Source of the DNA: Smithella sp.
GTDB lineage: Bacteria; Desulfobacterota; Syntrophia; Syntrophales; Smithellaceae
Direction of reading: 5' to 3'
NCBI GenBank assembly: GCA_035382085.1
Contig: DAOSZO010000004.1
Coordinates: 9,268 to 73,267, forward strand
DNA: 64,000 nucleotides
Of the stretch, positions 47,431-57,496 are shown one piece after another. Within the stretch, counting starts at the first letter, position 1; each line of letters begins with the position of its first letter. A program made the translations under genes and the position numbers. The notes below the pieces were generated by a model. That model was not told where the DNA came from and did not search any database. It worked only from the letters and a program-made list of their open reading frames with translations.

Positions 47431-48690
47431 ATGAAATTCAAACTGATTTACCCGAAATGGGAAAAGCTCGACCGTCAGACACCCTTTATCCTGCCGCCGC
47501 ACGGGCCGGTTGTTTTTGCTGCCACGTTGCCCGGCGACGTGCAGGTGCAGTTTACCGATGAAAACATTGAGGACATCGATTTTAACGAGCCTGTGGATTT
47601 TGTCGGTATTTCCGTCATGCTGACCGCGCAGGTCAAACGTGCCTGGGAAATCGCCGACATCTTTCGGGAAAAAGGCGTACAAGTCATCTGCGGCGGCATT
47701 GCCACCATGCTTCACGCCGAAGAGATGCAAAAGCACGCTGACAGTGTTTTTCTCGGCGAAACCGAAGGCCGGATGGAACAGGTCTTCGAGGATTTCAAAA
47801 ACGGCAGGCTCCGGAAAGTTTACGACTACATGCAGAATTTCCCGCCGATTGACAGCGTCGGTTCGGCGCGGCGGTCCATTCTGAACCGCGACGCCTACAA
47901 TTACCGAGGCATTCAGATGGTCGACCTGGTGCACGCCTCCCGCGGCTGCCGCTTCAATTGTTATCCCTGCGCCGTGAGATTTTTGGGCGGGAAAAATTTC
48001 CGTCCCCGGCCCTTCGACAAGGTCATCGAGGAAATGGCCGGCATCGACAACACCCGGCTCTTTTTGGTGGACAATTCGCTGGCGCAGGACAAGCAATGGG
48101 AACTACAGCTTTTCAAAGAAATGATTCCGCTGAAGAAAAACTGGTGCTGCCATCCCATCGAAAAGGACGACGAGGTCCTCGATTTGGCGGCGCGGGCCGG
48201 CGCCTGGTTTGTTTACCAGACCATTTTCGACACGTCCGATTACATCCGCAACCGCGTCAAACGGTATCACGATTTCGGTATCGCCGTGGAAGGCAGCATT
48301 CTCCTGGGTCTGGACTATCACGACGAAAATTACATCAAGAAACTGGTCGATTTTTTGCTGGAGATTGAACTGGATATGGCGGAATTCACGATTTTGACGC
48401 CGTTTCCACACACCAAAACGTTTGATGATCTGCACAGTGCCGGGAGAATCTTTTCCTACGACTGGAATGACTATACCTGCGGAAAGGTCGTTTTCCGGCC
48501 GAAATTGATGACACCGGAAAAATTGCAGGAAATGTATTATTACTGCTGGGATAAATTTTACGAGGAAGAACCTCAAAATTACAAAATGTTCAAACTGCTC
48601 AAAAAAGTCATGGACAAGGAAAAAGCGGACGGCACCTACAGGCCGCGCGTCCGCAAACCGGTACCCCAGGAAAGGACATTCAGGCCATGA
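47431..48690 (+). CDS. B12-binding-domain radical SAM enzyme (class B), copy 1
   Basis: N-terminal Rossmann-like B12 domain (FVGISVMLTAQ...VICGGIATM), CxxxCxxC cluster motif SRGCRFNCYPC. 419 aa. Confidence 0.8.
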   Translation: MKFKLIYPKWEKLDRQTPFILPPHGPVVFAATLPGDVQVQFTDENIEDIDFNEPVDFVGISVMLTAQVKRAWEIADIFREKGVQVICGGIATMLHAEEMQKHADSVFLGETEGRMEQVFEDFKNGRLRKVYDYMQNFPPIDSVGSARRSILNRDAYNYRGIQMVDLVHASRGCRFNCYPCAVRFLGGKNFRPRPFDKVIEEMAGIDNTRLFLVDNSLAQDKQWELQLFKEMIPLKKNWCCHPIEKDDEVLDLAARAGAWFVYQTIFDTSDYIRNRVKRYHDFGIAVEGSILLGLDYHDENYIKKLVDFLLEIELDMAEFTILTPFPHTKTFDDLHSAGRIFSYDWNDYTCGKVVFRPKLMTPEKLQEMYYYCWDKFYEEEPQNYKMFKLLKKVMDKEKADGTYRPRVRKPVPQERTFRP

Positions 48691-50234
48691 GGAAAAACAA
48701 GTCGGCCGTTGTGATTGACGGCAGTCCTGTCTGTTTCGATGATATCATCGCCGCGGCCCGCTATGGCGTTCCCGTGCGCATCAGTGCGACGCACAAATTC
48801 ATCCGGCACATGCACAAGACGCAGAATCACCTGATGAACGCCCTGCGCAAGGGCGTTCCGGTCTACGGCGTGACCACCGGCTACGGAAAATCCTGCGGCA
48901 AACGCATGCCGATGGAGGTGGCGCTCAAAAACGGCGTCAACATTCTGCGCTTCCACGGCTGCGGCACCGGAGAACCCATCGGCATCGAAGAAACTCGGGC
49001 GGCCATGCTCTGCCGCATCATCTGCCTGGCGCGGGGTTACTCCGGCGTCTCCGTTGCGCTGCTTGAAAAACTGGCGGAGTTCCTGAACCACGGCATCACA
49101 CCCGTGGTGCCCGCCGAGGGTTCCGTGGGCGCCTCCGGCGACCTGACGCCCATGTCCTACATCGGCGCCTGCCTGATGGGTGAACGCGAGGTTTTCTACC
49201 AGGGCAAAATCATGCCTGCCGCCGGGGCTTTGAAAAAAGCGGGCGTCAAGCCCTACAGATTTCTTCCGAAAGAACCGCTGGCCATGGTCAACGGCACGTC
49301 CACCATGACAGGCATCGCCGTGCTGGCCGTCGAAAGGGCCTGGCGGATTCTCTCCGCCGCGACTTCCGCCACGGCGCTTTCCATTCACGCCCTGAAAGGC
49401 AACGCAAGACACTACCATCCAGTCATTTCGGAAGCCAAACCTTTTCCCGGCCAGGTCTTTGTCGCCAATCGTCTCTCCCGCCTCCTGAAAGCGAACGTCC
49501 CGGCAAGGCAGCTGGAAGACGACCATCTTGAATCCCTGCAGGATCCTTATTCGCTGCGTTGCGCGCCTCAGGTCGCCGGTGTTTTGTACGATAGCCTGCA
49601 GTGGATAAAAAATTGGGTGGAGACGGAAGCCAACAGCTCCAACGACAATCCCATTTTCGATCCCGCAACCGGCGAAGTGCTGATGGGCGGTAATTTCTAC
49701 GGCGGTCACATCGCCTTCGCCATGGACGGACTCAAGGCGGCGCTGGCCTCATTAGCCGACATGTGCGACCGTCAGATCATGCTCCTGGTCACGCCGAATC
49801 TGAACAGGGGATTGCCCGGCGATCTGGTGCGCAAACCCGGCACGGAAAAAGGCCTCCGCCACGGATTCAAGGCAATGTCCATTGCCTCCTCCGCGCTGGC
49901 CGCGGAAGCGCTCAAGGCCACGATGCCCGCAGCGTCCTTTTCGCGCTCGACGGAATCGCACAATCAGGACAAGGTCAGCATGGGCACCATCGCGGCGCGC
50001 GACGCCGAACGCGTCTGCACCCTGACGGAAAGAGTTGTCGCCATTCATCTTCTGGCGGCGGCCCAGGCGTGCGATATCCGCGGCAACATTGAAGCGCGGC
50101 CCGCCCTCGCGGGGATGATGAAAAAAATCAGGCTGGTTTCAGCGCCCGTGCTGGATGACCGCCCGATGGACGCCGATATTGAGAAACTCCGTGAAGCCAT
50201 CAAATATTCCGATTTTTTTGAGATGAAACCATGA
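48687..50234 (+). CDS. Aromatic amino acid ammonia-lyase (HAL/PAL/TAL family, MIO cofactor)
   Basis: GVTTGYGK and the MIO-forming GSVGASGDLTP (Ala-Ser-Gly). 4-nt overlap with the upstream radical SAM gene. Confidence 0.85.
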   Translation: MRKNKSAVVIDGSPVCFDDIIAAARYGVPVRISATHKFIRHMHKTQNHLMNALRKGVPVYGVTTGYGKSCGKRMPMEVALKNGVNILRFHGCGTGEPIGIEETRAAMLCRIICLARGYSGVSVALLEKLAEFLNHGITPVVPAEGSVGASGDLTPMSYIGACLMGEREVFYQGKIMPAAGALKKAGVKPYRFLPKEPLAMVNGTSTMTGIAVLAVERAWRILSAATSATALSIHALKGNARHYHPVISEAKPFPGQVFVANRLSRLLKANVPARQLEDDHLESLQDPYSLRCAPQVAGVLYDSLQWIKNWVETEANSSNDNPIFDPATGEVLMGGNFYGGHIAFAMDGLKAALASLADMCDRQIMLLVTPNLNRGLPGDLVRKPGTEKGLRHGFKAMSIASSALAAEALKATMPAASFSRSTESHNQDKVSMGTIAARDAERVCTLTERVVAIHLLAAAQACDIRGNIEARPALAGMMKKIRLVSAPVLDDRPMDADIEKLREAIKYSDFFEMKP

Positions 50235-50647
50235 ACGAAAACGCCAGAAGCCACGAAGTGAAAATCCGCGTGCCCTTCTTCGACCTGGACCCGATGCAGA
50301 TTGTCTGGCACGCCAATTACCTGAACTATTTTGAAATCGCGCGCGCGGCGCTTTTCGAAAGCAACGGCATCGACCTCCATACGTTCTTTGAAAAGCAGCA
50401 GCTGATTTTCCCCATCATCAAAACAACCACCAAACACATCCTGCCGCTGCGCCACCGCGATGAAATCGTCTGCAAGGCGACGATTGTGGATGCGCGCGTC
50501 AAGATCGTCGTTGACTTCGAAATCCGCCGCACCGATGACGGCCGAGTATGCACCCGCGGCCGGACCGAACAGGTTACGGTGAAGGTGCCCGAAATGGAAA
50601 CCCTCTTCAGCGTCCCCGAAGAAATCCGCCGCGCCTTTGGTTTTTAA
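50231..50647 (+). CDS. 4-hydroxybenzoyl-CoA-thioesterase-family (hot-dog) acyl-CoA/ACP thioesterase
   Basis: VPFFDLDPMQIVWHANYLNYFE. 138 aa. 4-nt overlap upstream. Confidence 0.75.
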   Translation: MNENARSHEVKIRVPFFDLDPMQIVWHANYLNYFEIARAALFESNGIDLHTFFEKQQLIFPIIKTTTKHILPLRHRDEIVCKATIVDARVKIVVDFEIRRTDDGRVCTRGRTEQVTVKVPEMETLFSVPEEIRRAFGF

Positions 50648-52381
50648 ATGGAAGACGTCCTGAAAAAATCCTTCATCGCCGGCCTCGAAAGGCTCACGGC
50701 CAGGGCGGAGCTGCTGGATTCCATCAATGTCTTTCCCGTCGCCGACGGCGACACGGGAAGGAATCTCTCCGTCAGTCTCTTCCCTCTGCGCAACGTCGGC
50801 CAACCCCGCGAGACGCTCATCCGCCAGCTGCTGATGTCGGCGCGCGGCAACTCGGGCAACATCGCCTCGCAGTTTTTCTCGGCCTTCTGCGCGGTGGAAA
50901 ACGCCGTTGACCTGTCCCGCTGCGCCGCCGCGGGAAAAGAAAAAGCCTGGAAATCGCTCAATAACCCGCGTCCGGGCACCATGTTGAGCGTCTTCGACGC
51001 GCTGGCCGAGGCGCTGCCGCAAACCGAGATCCCGGACCGGCAGGTTATCCGCACCGTCATCGCTTCATTGCAAAAGGCCGTTTATGACACCTACGACCAG
51101 TTGCCGCGCCTGCGGGACGCCGGAGTTGTGGATGCCGGCGCTCTGGGCATGTACATTTTCTTCGAAGGTTTTTTTTACACCTTTGCAGGCATGCCCGACG
51201 CCTGCCGCCCGGTCACGGAGACATTCCGGGATCGTCTGACCATTGCTCCCGCCTTTCGGGAAATCTCGGAATCCGGTTATTGCGTCGATCTGGTGGTCAG
51301 GGCTTCCGGCGATTCAACCGAGAAACTGAAAGCCATCACGTCCGCCCAGGAAGAAGTCATCATCCTGCCCGAAGGCGATCTCTACAAAATTCATCTGCAT
51401 ACCCGCAACAAGGAACAGGTACTGTCGCAAATCGCCGGCGTGGGCAGGGTGCTCCAATGGGAGGATGACAATCTCGCCGCTCAAATCGAGGATTTTCGCA
51501 AAAGCGGAACCGGCTCCCTGCATATCATGACGGACGCGGCCGGATCGCTGACGCTTCAGGACGCCAAACATTACGGCTTTACGCTGCTGAACAGTTATCT
51601 GACGATCGGCGAGAAGTGTCTGCCGGAAACTTTTTTCCGGGCGGAGGAACTCTATCCGGCGATGCATGAAGGAGTCAGGGTGTCGACATCGCAGGCCTCC
51701 GTCTATGAACGGCATCAGTTTTACGAAAGCTCTCTGGAGCGCTTTGAAAAAGTTCTTTATCTTTGCGTGGGTTCGGTTTTCACCGGAAATTACGAAACCG
51801 TCATGCAGTGGAAAAAACAACACGATCCCGAAAACCGCCTGATCGTGCTGGACACCGGCGCGGCCTCCGGCAGACTGGGGCTCATCGTACTGGCCGCGGC
51901 GCGTTGCCTGGCCGAAACAAATGACATGCAAAAGACCGTGATTTATGCTCAAAAGGCCATCAAAACCTGCGAGGAATACGTGTTCCTCGATAAATTACAG
52001 TTTCTGGCGGCAGGCGGCAGACTTTCCAAAACCAGTGCTTTTTTCGGAGACATGCTGCATATGAAACCCGTCATCTCCCCCCAGCCGGAAGGCGCAAAAA
52101 AAGTCGGCGTGGTCAGAAATCAGAAAGATCAGATCAAAATGGCCCTGGAGAAACTCGCCGCCGGCCTGCGAAATAGTTCCCGCGCCCTGATCATGTTGGA
52201 GTACTCCGACAACCGCCAATGGGTGGAGAAAACCGTCCGGCCGATGGTCGTCGAACGCTACCCCGATGCGGAGTTGATCATTCAGCCGCTTTCGCTGACC
52301 TCCGGCGCGCACATGGGTCCGGGAACATGGGCGGTGGCGTTTTTGCCCGACATCACTGCAAATGGTGGGAAAGACCCGTGA
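50648..52381 (+). CDS. Fusion of a Dak2 (DhaL/FakA-N) domain plus FakA-like middle segment with a complete DegV (FakB-type fatty-acid-binding) domain
   Basis: N-terminus: FPVADGDTGRNL, ARGNSGNI, PGTMLSV (Dak2). Middle: GYCVDLVV...YKIHLHT. C-terminus from about aa 290: LHIMTDAAGSL, VSTSQAS, LCVGSVFTGNY, VLDTGAASGRLG, LAAGGRLSK, HMGPGTW (DegV). Confidence 0.75.
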   Translation: MEDVLKKSFIAGLERLTARAELLDSINVFPVADGDTGRNLSVSLFPLRNVGQPRETLIRQLLMSARGNSGNIASQFFSAFCAVENAVDLSRCAAAGKEKAWKSLNNPRPGTMLSVFDALAEALPQTEIPDRQVIRTVIASLQKAVYDTYDQLPRLRDAGVVDAGALGMYIFFEGFFYTFAGMPDACRPVTETFRDRLTIAPAFREISESGYCVDLVVRASGDSTEKLKAITSAQEEVIILPEGDLYKIHLHTRNKEQVLSQIAGVGRVLQWEDDNLAAQIEDFRKSGTGSLHIMTDAAGSLTLQDAKHYGFTLLNSYLTIGEKCLPETFFRAEELYPAMHEGVRVSTSQASVYERHQFYESSLERFEKVLYLCVGSVFTGNYETVMQWKKQHDPENRLIVLDTGAASGRLGLIVLAAARCLAETNDMQKTVIYAQKAIKTCEEYVFLDKLQFLAAGGRLSKTSAFFGDMLHMKPVISPQPEGAKKVGVVRNQKDQIKMALEKLAAGLRNSSRALIMLEYSDNRQWVEKTVRPMVVERYPDAELIIQPLSLTSGAHMGPGTWAVAFLPDITANGGKDP

Positions 52382-53100
52382 CCGCTCCACGCGAGAAAAA
52401 ACGATTCGCTTTCGTGATTCCGCTCTACAATCACGCGGGAACCGTCGCAGGAGTTGTCCGAAAAGCCCAAGCGGCGGGCTATCCGGTTTTTGTGGTGGAC
52501 GACGGCTCCACCGACGGCTCTTGTGACAGAATCAAAGATCTTCAAGGCGTTCAAATCCTGCGACATGAAAAGAACCGGGGAAAGGGCGCGGCCCTGCTCA
52601 CCGGTTTTGCCGCCACCACGGCTGTGGCCGACTGGGCGATCACCCTGGACGCCGACGGACAGCACGACCCCCGCGACGCCGGAAATCTTATCGCCGCCAT
52701 TCCGCAAAACGCACGGCCGATTGTCGTGGGCACGAGAATCTACAGGGCAGGCGAGCGGATTCCCTGGACCAGCAGATTCGGCAGAAAATTTTCCAACTTC
52801 TGGGTGCGCGCCTCCGGAGGTCCCGCTGTTTCCGATTCGCAAAGCGGTTTTCGGATCTATCCCCTGCCCGAGGTTCTGAATCTGAAAACCCGGGCCCGGC
52901 GCTTCGAATTTGAAGTCGAAGTCCTGGTACAGGCCAAAAGAAGCGGCATGCCGGTTACGGAAGCCCCCGTGCGTGTCCATTACAATCCGGAGGGGGGAAG
53001 AATTTCCCACTTCCGTCCTTGTGTGGATTTCCTGCGCAACTCCCTCACCTTCACCCGGCTGATCTTCACGCGCATCTTTCCAACAAAGAAACGTCTATAA
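52378..53100 (+). CDS. Family 2 glycosyltransferase
   Basis: GTG start in a GTGA overlap with the upstream stop. FAFVIPLYNH, VVDDGSTDGS, LDADGQHDP. Confidence 0.8.
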   Translation: MTAPREKKRFAFVIPLYNHAGTVAGVVRKAQAAGYPVFVVDDGSTDGSCDRIKDLQGVQILRHEKNRGKGAALLTGFAATTAVADWAITLDADGQHDPRDAGNLIAAIPQNARPIVVGTRIYRAGERIPWTSRFGRKFSNFWVRASGGPAVSDSQSGFRIYPLPEVLNLKTRARRFEFEVEVLVQAKRSGMPVTEAPVRVHYNPEGGRISHFRPCVDFLRNSLTFTRLIFTRIFPTKKRL

Positions 53101-53210
53101 AAAAATCTTCAGCCCCTCAATCCTCTAATCTTCTATTTTCCACGCGGCTTTTTATCTTGCCACTGCCCGGAAAATGTGGTTTAGAAAATCAGCGATCTTC
53201 ATATAAATTC

Positions 53211-56200
53211 ATGATTTCACGGGTCTTCATATCTTTGCGCAAATATCCGATAAGATGGCCGATTGTTCTGGCGGTCCTCCTGATTATGTCGGCGCTTTTT
53301 ATCTGGGAATCCAGGAATCTGAAAATCGAAACGGATATTCTGGAGTCGCTGCCCCACGACGACCCGGTGCTGGCCGACGCCCGCAAGATTATCAAGCGCC
53401 TGCCGACGCAGGACAAGGTATTCATCAACCTTGAACAGTCCTCACCCGACCGCGACCGACTCATCGCCGCGGCGGAAAGACTCTCTGAAAAGCTCGGCAA
53501 AAGCGGCTTGTTTGCCAAAGTCGGCATCAGCGATGACGCGCAGAGCTTTCCCGAACTCGTCGAGCATGTTCAAGATCATCTGCCGTCGCTGCTTTCCGCC
53601 GACGATCTGGAACACAAGATCGCCCCGCTTTTGACACCGGAAAACATCCGAGAAGCTCTGCGGCAATATCGCCGCTCGCTCGAACAACTCGAAGGAATCG
53701 GCCGCAGCGAAATGACGGCCAAAGACCCTCTGGGTTTTTCCGGCGTCATCTTGAGCCGAATGGCCGCCCTGCTGCCCGCCGGCAAGGCGCAATTTTACAG
53801 GGGACATCTGATTTCCGAAGACGGCAGAAATCTTTTAATCATTGCAACCATCAGGGGTTCGGGAACCGACACGAAAACGGCGGCGCAAATCAACCGGCTT
53901 TTGGAGGATCTGCAGAATCAGCTCGACGCGGAAACCGGTTCCGACTACTGTTTCAGGCTGAGTTCCGCCGGTGCCTACCGGGTCGCCCTGGATAACGAAA
54001 CCATCGCCAAAAAAGACATCCGCCTGGCTATTACGCTGACCACGCTTGGCATCGCTTTGCTGCTCATTGTCGTTTTTCCGCGTCCGCTGGTCGGTCTTGC
54101 GTCGCTTCTGCCTTCCATGGCCGGCGCGATTGCCGCGCTGTTTGTCTGCTCTTTGCTTTTCGACGCCCTGTCGCTTCTGGCCATCGGTTTCGGAGGCGCG
54201 ATCATGGCGTTTACGGTTGACCTCGGCATAACCTACCTGCTCTTTCTCGATCAGCCTCATGCCACCGACGGCCAAAAAGTATCGCGGGAAATCTGGTCGG
54301 CTGAACTGCTCGCCGCCCTGACCACCATCGGCGCTTTTCTCCTTTTACTGGTCAGCGATTTTAAGATCCTTGCGGAAATCGGCGTTTTTTCCGCACTGGG
54401 CGCCCTTTTCGTTCTGCTTTTCGTCCACTGGCTTCTGCCAAGAGCCGTCCCTTCGATGCCGCCGGCAACGCGAGAAACCAACCGCCATCTGAAAAACGCC
54501 GTCAATAAAATCGCCGCGCCGGCGACCTGGAAATGGACGGCCGCTCTGGCCTTCGGCGTTGTGATGCTTTTTTTCGCCAAACCGATTTACAATGTAGATC
54601 TCAACGCCATGAATTCCATGAGCGAAGAAACCATCCGTTTCGGCGAAAAGATGAAAAGCGTGTGGGGGGATTTCTCCGGACAGAGCTATGTTTTTCTGGA
54701 AGCGCAAAATTTGCCCCAGCTGCAGAAGAAAAATGACGCGCTGATGAGCCTCTTGGACGAGGAGGCGCGGCAGGGGAAATTATCCTCCGTCTTTCTGCCT
54801 GCCGTTCTGTTCCCGTCGCCGGAGACGGCCCGCAGTCATTTTGCCGCTTGGCGCGCTTTCTGGAACAGGGAACGCATCGCCACGCTGAAGCGCGACCTCG
54901 ATGCCGCGTCGCGGGAATACGGCTTCAGACCGGAGGCCTTCGCCGCTTTCTGGCAGATCATTCATCAGAAGCAGCCCGCCGTATTCGACATCCCGGAAAA
55001 ATATTTCGAAATGCTGGGCATCGCCAAAGGCCCCTCAGGTTTCACACAGCTGAGCCTCATGTCGCCGGGCCGGTATTACAACGCCGTAGATTTTTTCAAA
55101 AAAATTTCGCAAAGCGGCCTGGCCCGCGCTTTCGACGGGCATTTGTTCAACCGGCGGCTGGGCGATTTTCTCAAATCTCTTTTTCTGGAAATCGCGCTCA
55201 TCACCAGCGTCGGCCTGGCGCTGGTCATCTTGTTGTATTTTCTGGACTGGCAGCTCACGCTGGCCGCGGCCGCGCCGATTGCTTTCGCTCTTGTCGCCAC
55301 GCTCGGCACGCTGAAGCTCATCGGTCATCCGGTGGACATCCCCGGCATCATGCTCTGGGTGGTCATCATGGGCATGGGCATTGATTACGCCATTTACTAC
55401 ATCTGCACCTACCAGCGCCATCCCGACAACCAATCCCCCGCCATGCAGAACATCCGGCTGGCGATTTTTCTGGCGGCCTTTACCACGCTCATTGGTTTCG
55501 GCGTCCTGACCCTGGCCGGCCATGCGCTTCTGCGCAGCATCGGAATGGTATCGCTTCTGGGCATCTTCTATTCGTTCATTGGAAGTTTTCTCATCCTGCC
55601 CGCGCTGATGGAAAAAATATTCGCGCCGGTTCCATTTCCGGCGGAACCACCAACAGCCGGCTCGCGCGAACATTTGCGCCGGACGGCTTTGCGCTACCGG
55701 CATCTGCCCGCCTACCCGCGCATCTTCGCGCGGATGAAAATGATGATTGATCCGATGTTCAGAGAACTGCACCGGTATGTCAAAAATCCACGCCGGATTC
55801 TGGATATCGGCGGCGGCTACGGCGTGCCCGCCGCATGGCTGCTGCAAATTTATCCGCAGGCTTACGTGTTCGGCATTGAACCCGATGAGGAGCGCGTGCT
55901 GATCGCTTCCCGCGTCATCGGCAGTCGCGGCGCCGTCATCGTCGGGCGCGCCCCTGATCTGCCGCAAGTTGAAGGAGACGTTGATTACGTTCTCATGCTG
56001 GACATGCTGCATTTTCTCGACGATCCACAGGCCCGGACAACCCTGCGTCGGATTTACGACAGACTGACCGCCGGCGGAACGCTGGTTTTGCGAACAACGA
56101 TCCCATCGGGCAAACCCAACCCTTGGAGACGCTGGATCGAAGTGATCCGACTGGCCGTCACCCGCACTCCCCATTGTTTCCGATCCGAACGGGACGTTGT

Positions 56201-56297
56201 AGATCTGATGCAAAGGGCCGGCTATGCCGTCGATGTCTTTGCATCGGACTGCCGGGGAATCGAAGAAAAGTGGTTTGTGGGGAAAAAAGCTGATTAG
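53211..56297 (+). CDS. MMPL/RND-superfamily exporter fused to a C-terminal class I SAM-dependent methyltransferase
   Basis: Start moved to ATG 53211 (MISRVFISLRKYP...). Two blocks of multi-helix membrane segments with large loops, typical of MMPL 'predicted exporter' proteins. The last ~215 aa contain ILDIGGGYGVPAAW and LVLRT (methyltransferase motifs I and post-I). Confidence 0.75.
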   Translation: MISRVFISLRKYPIRWPIVLAVLLIMSALFIWESRNLKIETDILESLPHDDPVLADARKIIKRLPTQDKVFINLEQSSPDRDRLIAAAERLSEKLGKSGLFAKVGISDDAQSFPELVEHVQDHLPSLLSADDLEHKIAPLLTPENIREALRQYRRSLEQLEGIGRSEMTAKDPLGFSGVILSRMAALLPAGKAQFYRGHLISEDGRNLLIIATIRGSGTDTKTAAQINRLLEDLQNQLDAETGSDYCFRLSSAGAYRVALDNETIAKKDIRLAITLTTLGIALLLIVVFPRPLVGLASLLPSMAGAIAALFVCSLLFDALSLLAIGFGGAIMAFTVDLGITYLLFLDQPHATDGQKVSREIWSAELLAALTTIGAFLLLLVSDFKILAEIGVFSALGALFVLLFVHWLLPRAVPSMPPATRETNRHLKNAVNKIAAPATWKWTAALAFGVVMLFFAKPIYNVDLNAMNSMSEETIRFGEKMKSVWGDFSGQSYVFLEAQNLPQLQKKNDALMSLLDEEARQGKLSSVFLPAVLFPSPETARSHFAAWRAFWNRERIATLKRDLDAASREYGFRPEAFAAFWQIIHQKQPAVFDIPEKYFEMLGIAKGPSGFTQLSLMSPGRYYNAVDFFKKISQSGLARAFDGHLFNRRLGDFLKSLFLEIALITSVGLALVILLYFLDWQLTLAAAAPIAFALVATLGTLKLIGHPVDIPGIMLWVVIMGMGIDYAIYYICTYQRHPDNQSPAMQNIRLAIFLAAFTTLIGFGVLTLAGHALLRSIGMVSLLGIFYSFIGSFLILPALMEKIFAPVPFPAEPPTAGSREHLRRTALRYRHLPAYPRIFARMKMMIDPMFRELHRYVKNPRRILDIGGGYGVPAAWLLQIYPQAYVFGIEPDEERVLIASRVIGSRGAVIVGRAPDLPQVEGDVDYVLMLDMLHFLDDPQARTTLRRIYDRLTAGGTLVLRTTIPSGKPNPWRRWIEVIRLAVTRTPHCFRSERDVVDLMQRAGYAVDVFASDCRGIEEKWFVGKKAD

Positions 56298-56523
56298 ACT
56301 TGGCGTGCTCCCGTCCCCGCATCAAAACATTTGAAGAAAGATTTCCCGGAAAATCATCTTGGGCGGGAAGCCAAGCAACAAGAAAAACAGAAGTCTCTTT
56401 GTCGACGGAAGCCCCTCTGTTTGAACATAATTATCTCGAAAAACACGCTGGTTTGAAATATGAAACACGATTTGATAAGCTCCAAAGAGTCACTGAACCA
56501 GCAGGCGTGAATAACCGTTTTTT

Positions 56524-57420
56524 TTGAATATGAAAAAACTGCCTTACAAAATATTGCTCTTTCTGTCCCGACGGCTGGGGCTTTGGTTTTTTCGGGTTTT
56601 TGCATGGATTGTCGCCACCGCTTATTTTTTTCTCTTTCCCCTGCGCGTGGCCGACAGCTTCAGGTTTTACCGCGCTTTGTTTCCGGACCGCGGCTTTCTT
56701 TATCATCTGCGGTGCGTCTGGAAGCAGTATCACAAGTTTACCGATGTCTATATTCACCGCTTCATCCGCTTCGATGAAGAAGCCATTGAGTATGTCAGAG
56801 AGGGCTGGGAATATCTGGAAGAGGCGGTAAAAAACAAGACCGGCGCTGTCTTACTGATGTCGCACATCGGCAACTGGGAGCTGGCCGCGCGGACGCTCAA
56901 CAAACAGGGTCTGCCGATCATGCTTTACCTGGGCGCAAAACGCAAAGAACAGATCGAGCGCATCCCCAAGGAGTCGCTGGCCCGCAGGGGCGTCCGTGTG
57001 GTCGTGACGCCGGAAGATGATCAATCGCCCTTCGCCTTGATTGAGGGAATCCATTTCCTGCGCGAGGGCGGCATTGTCTCGATGACCGGCGACCGTCTTT
57101 GGGGCAAGCAAAGTTTTGTTACCGTAAATTTTCTCGGCCATGAAGTAAAACTGCCGGATACGCCGCATCTGTTCGCGCTGATGACCGGCGCGCCGCTGAT
57201 GACTTTTTTTGTCTATCAGGAAAAAATCGGCAAGTATCATATTAAGGTTTCGCCGGGACGAAAAGTGGTTGCCGCCTCCCGCGCCGATAGAAAACGAGCG
57301 CTACAGGAATCCGCTCAGGCCTACGCGAATGACCTCGCGCAGTTTGTGCGCGAGCATCCCCTCGAGTGGCATCACTTCGAACCGTTTCTCGGCAAGAAAC
57401 TCCCCAAAGCGGTTTTGTAA
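56524..57420 (+). CDS. Lysophospholipid acyltransferase, LpxL/HtrB (LPLAT) family
   Basis: N-terminal membrane anchor, LLMSHIGNWELAA (H-x4-E/D motif). 298 aa. Confidence 0.75.
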   Translation: MNMKKLPYKILLFLSRRLGLWFFRVFAWIVATAYFFLFPLRVADSFRFYRALFPDRGFLYHLRCVWKQYHKFTDVYIHRFIRFDEEAIEYVREGWEYLEEAVKNKTGAVLLMSHIGNWELAARTLNKQGLPIMLYLGAKRKEQIERIPKESLARRGVRVVVTPEDDQSPFALIEGIHFLREGGIVSMTGDRLWGKQSFVTVNFLGHEVKLPDTPHLFALMTGAPLMTFFVYQEKIGKYHIKVSPGRKVVAASRADRKRALQESAQAYANDLAQFVREHPLEWHHFEPFLGKKLPKAVL

Positions 57421-57496
57421 ATTTTTCTTTGAGCTTTCGGGGTTTTGTTATATTAAAATGTTCGAAACCGAAGCCTTGGCAAAGAGAAGCTGTCCA

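Noticed and set aside
48636-51022. 357-aa and 325-aa minus-strand ORFs
   Set aside because: They are antisense to the ammonia-lyase, thioesterase and Dak2 genes.
53019-53210. 64-codon N-terminal extension of the MMPL gene
   Set aside because: It overlaps the GT2 3' end and the intergenic region. The family-typical N-terminus with its first TM helix begins at ATG 53211.
55035-56213. 392-aa minus-strand ORF
   Set aside because: It is antisense to the MMPL-methyltransferase gene.
56298-56523. Imperfect long-range inverted repeat (CACGCTGGTT ... AACCAGCAGGCGTG) followed by a T-run before the acyltransferase gene
   Set aside because: The stem is interrupted and the loop is about 50 nt. It is not convincing as a terminator or a riboswitch.
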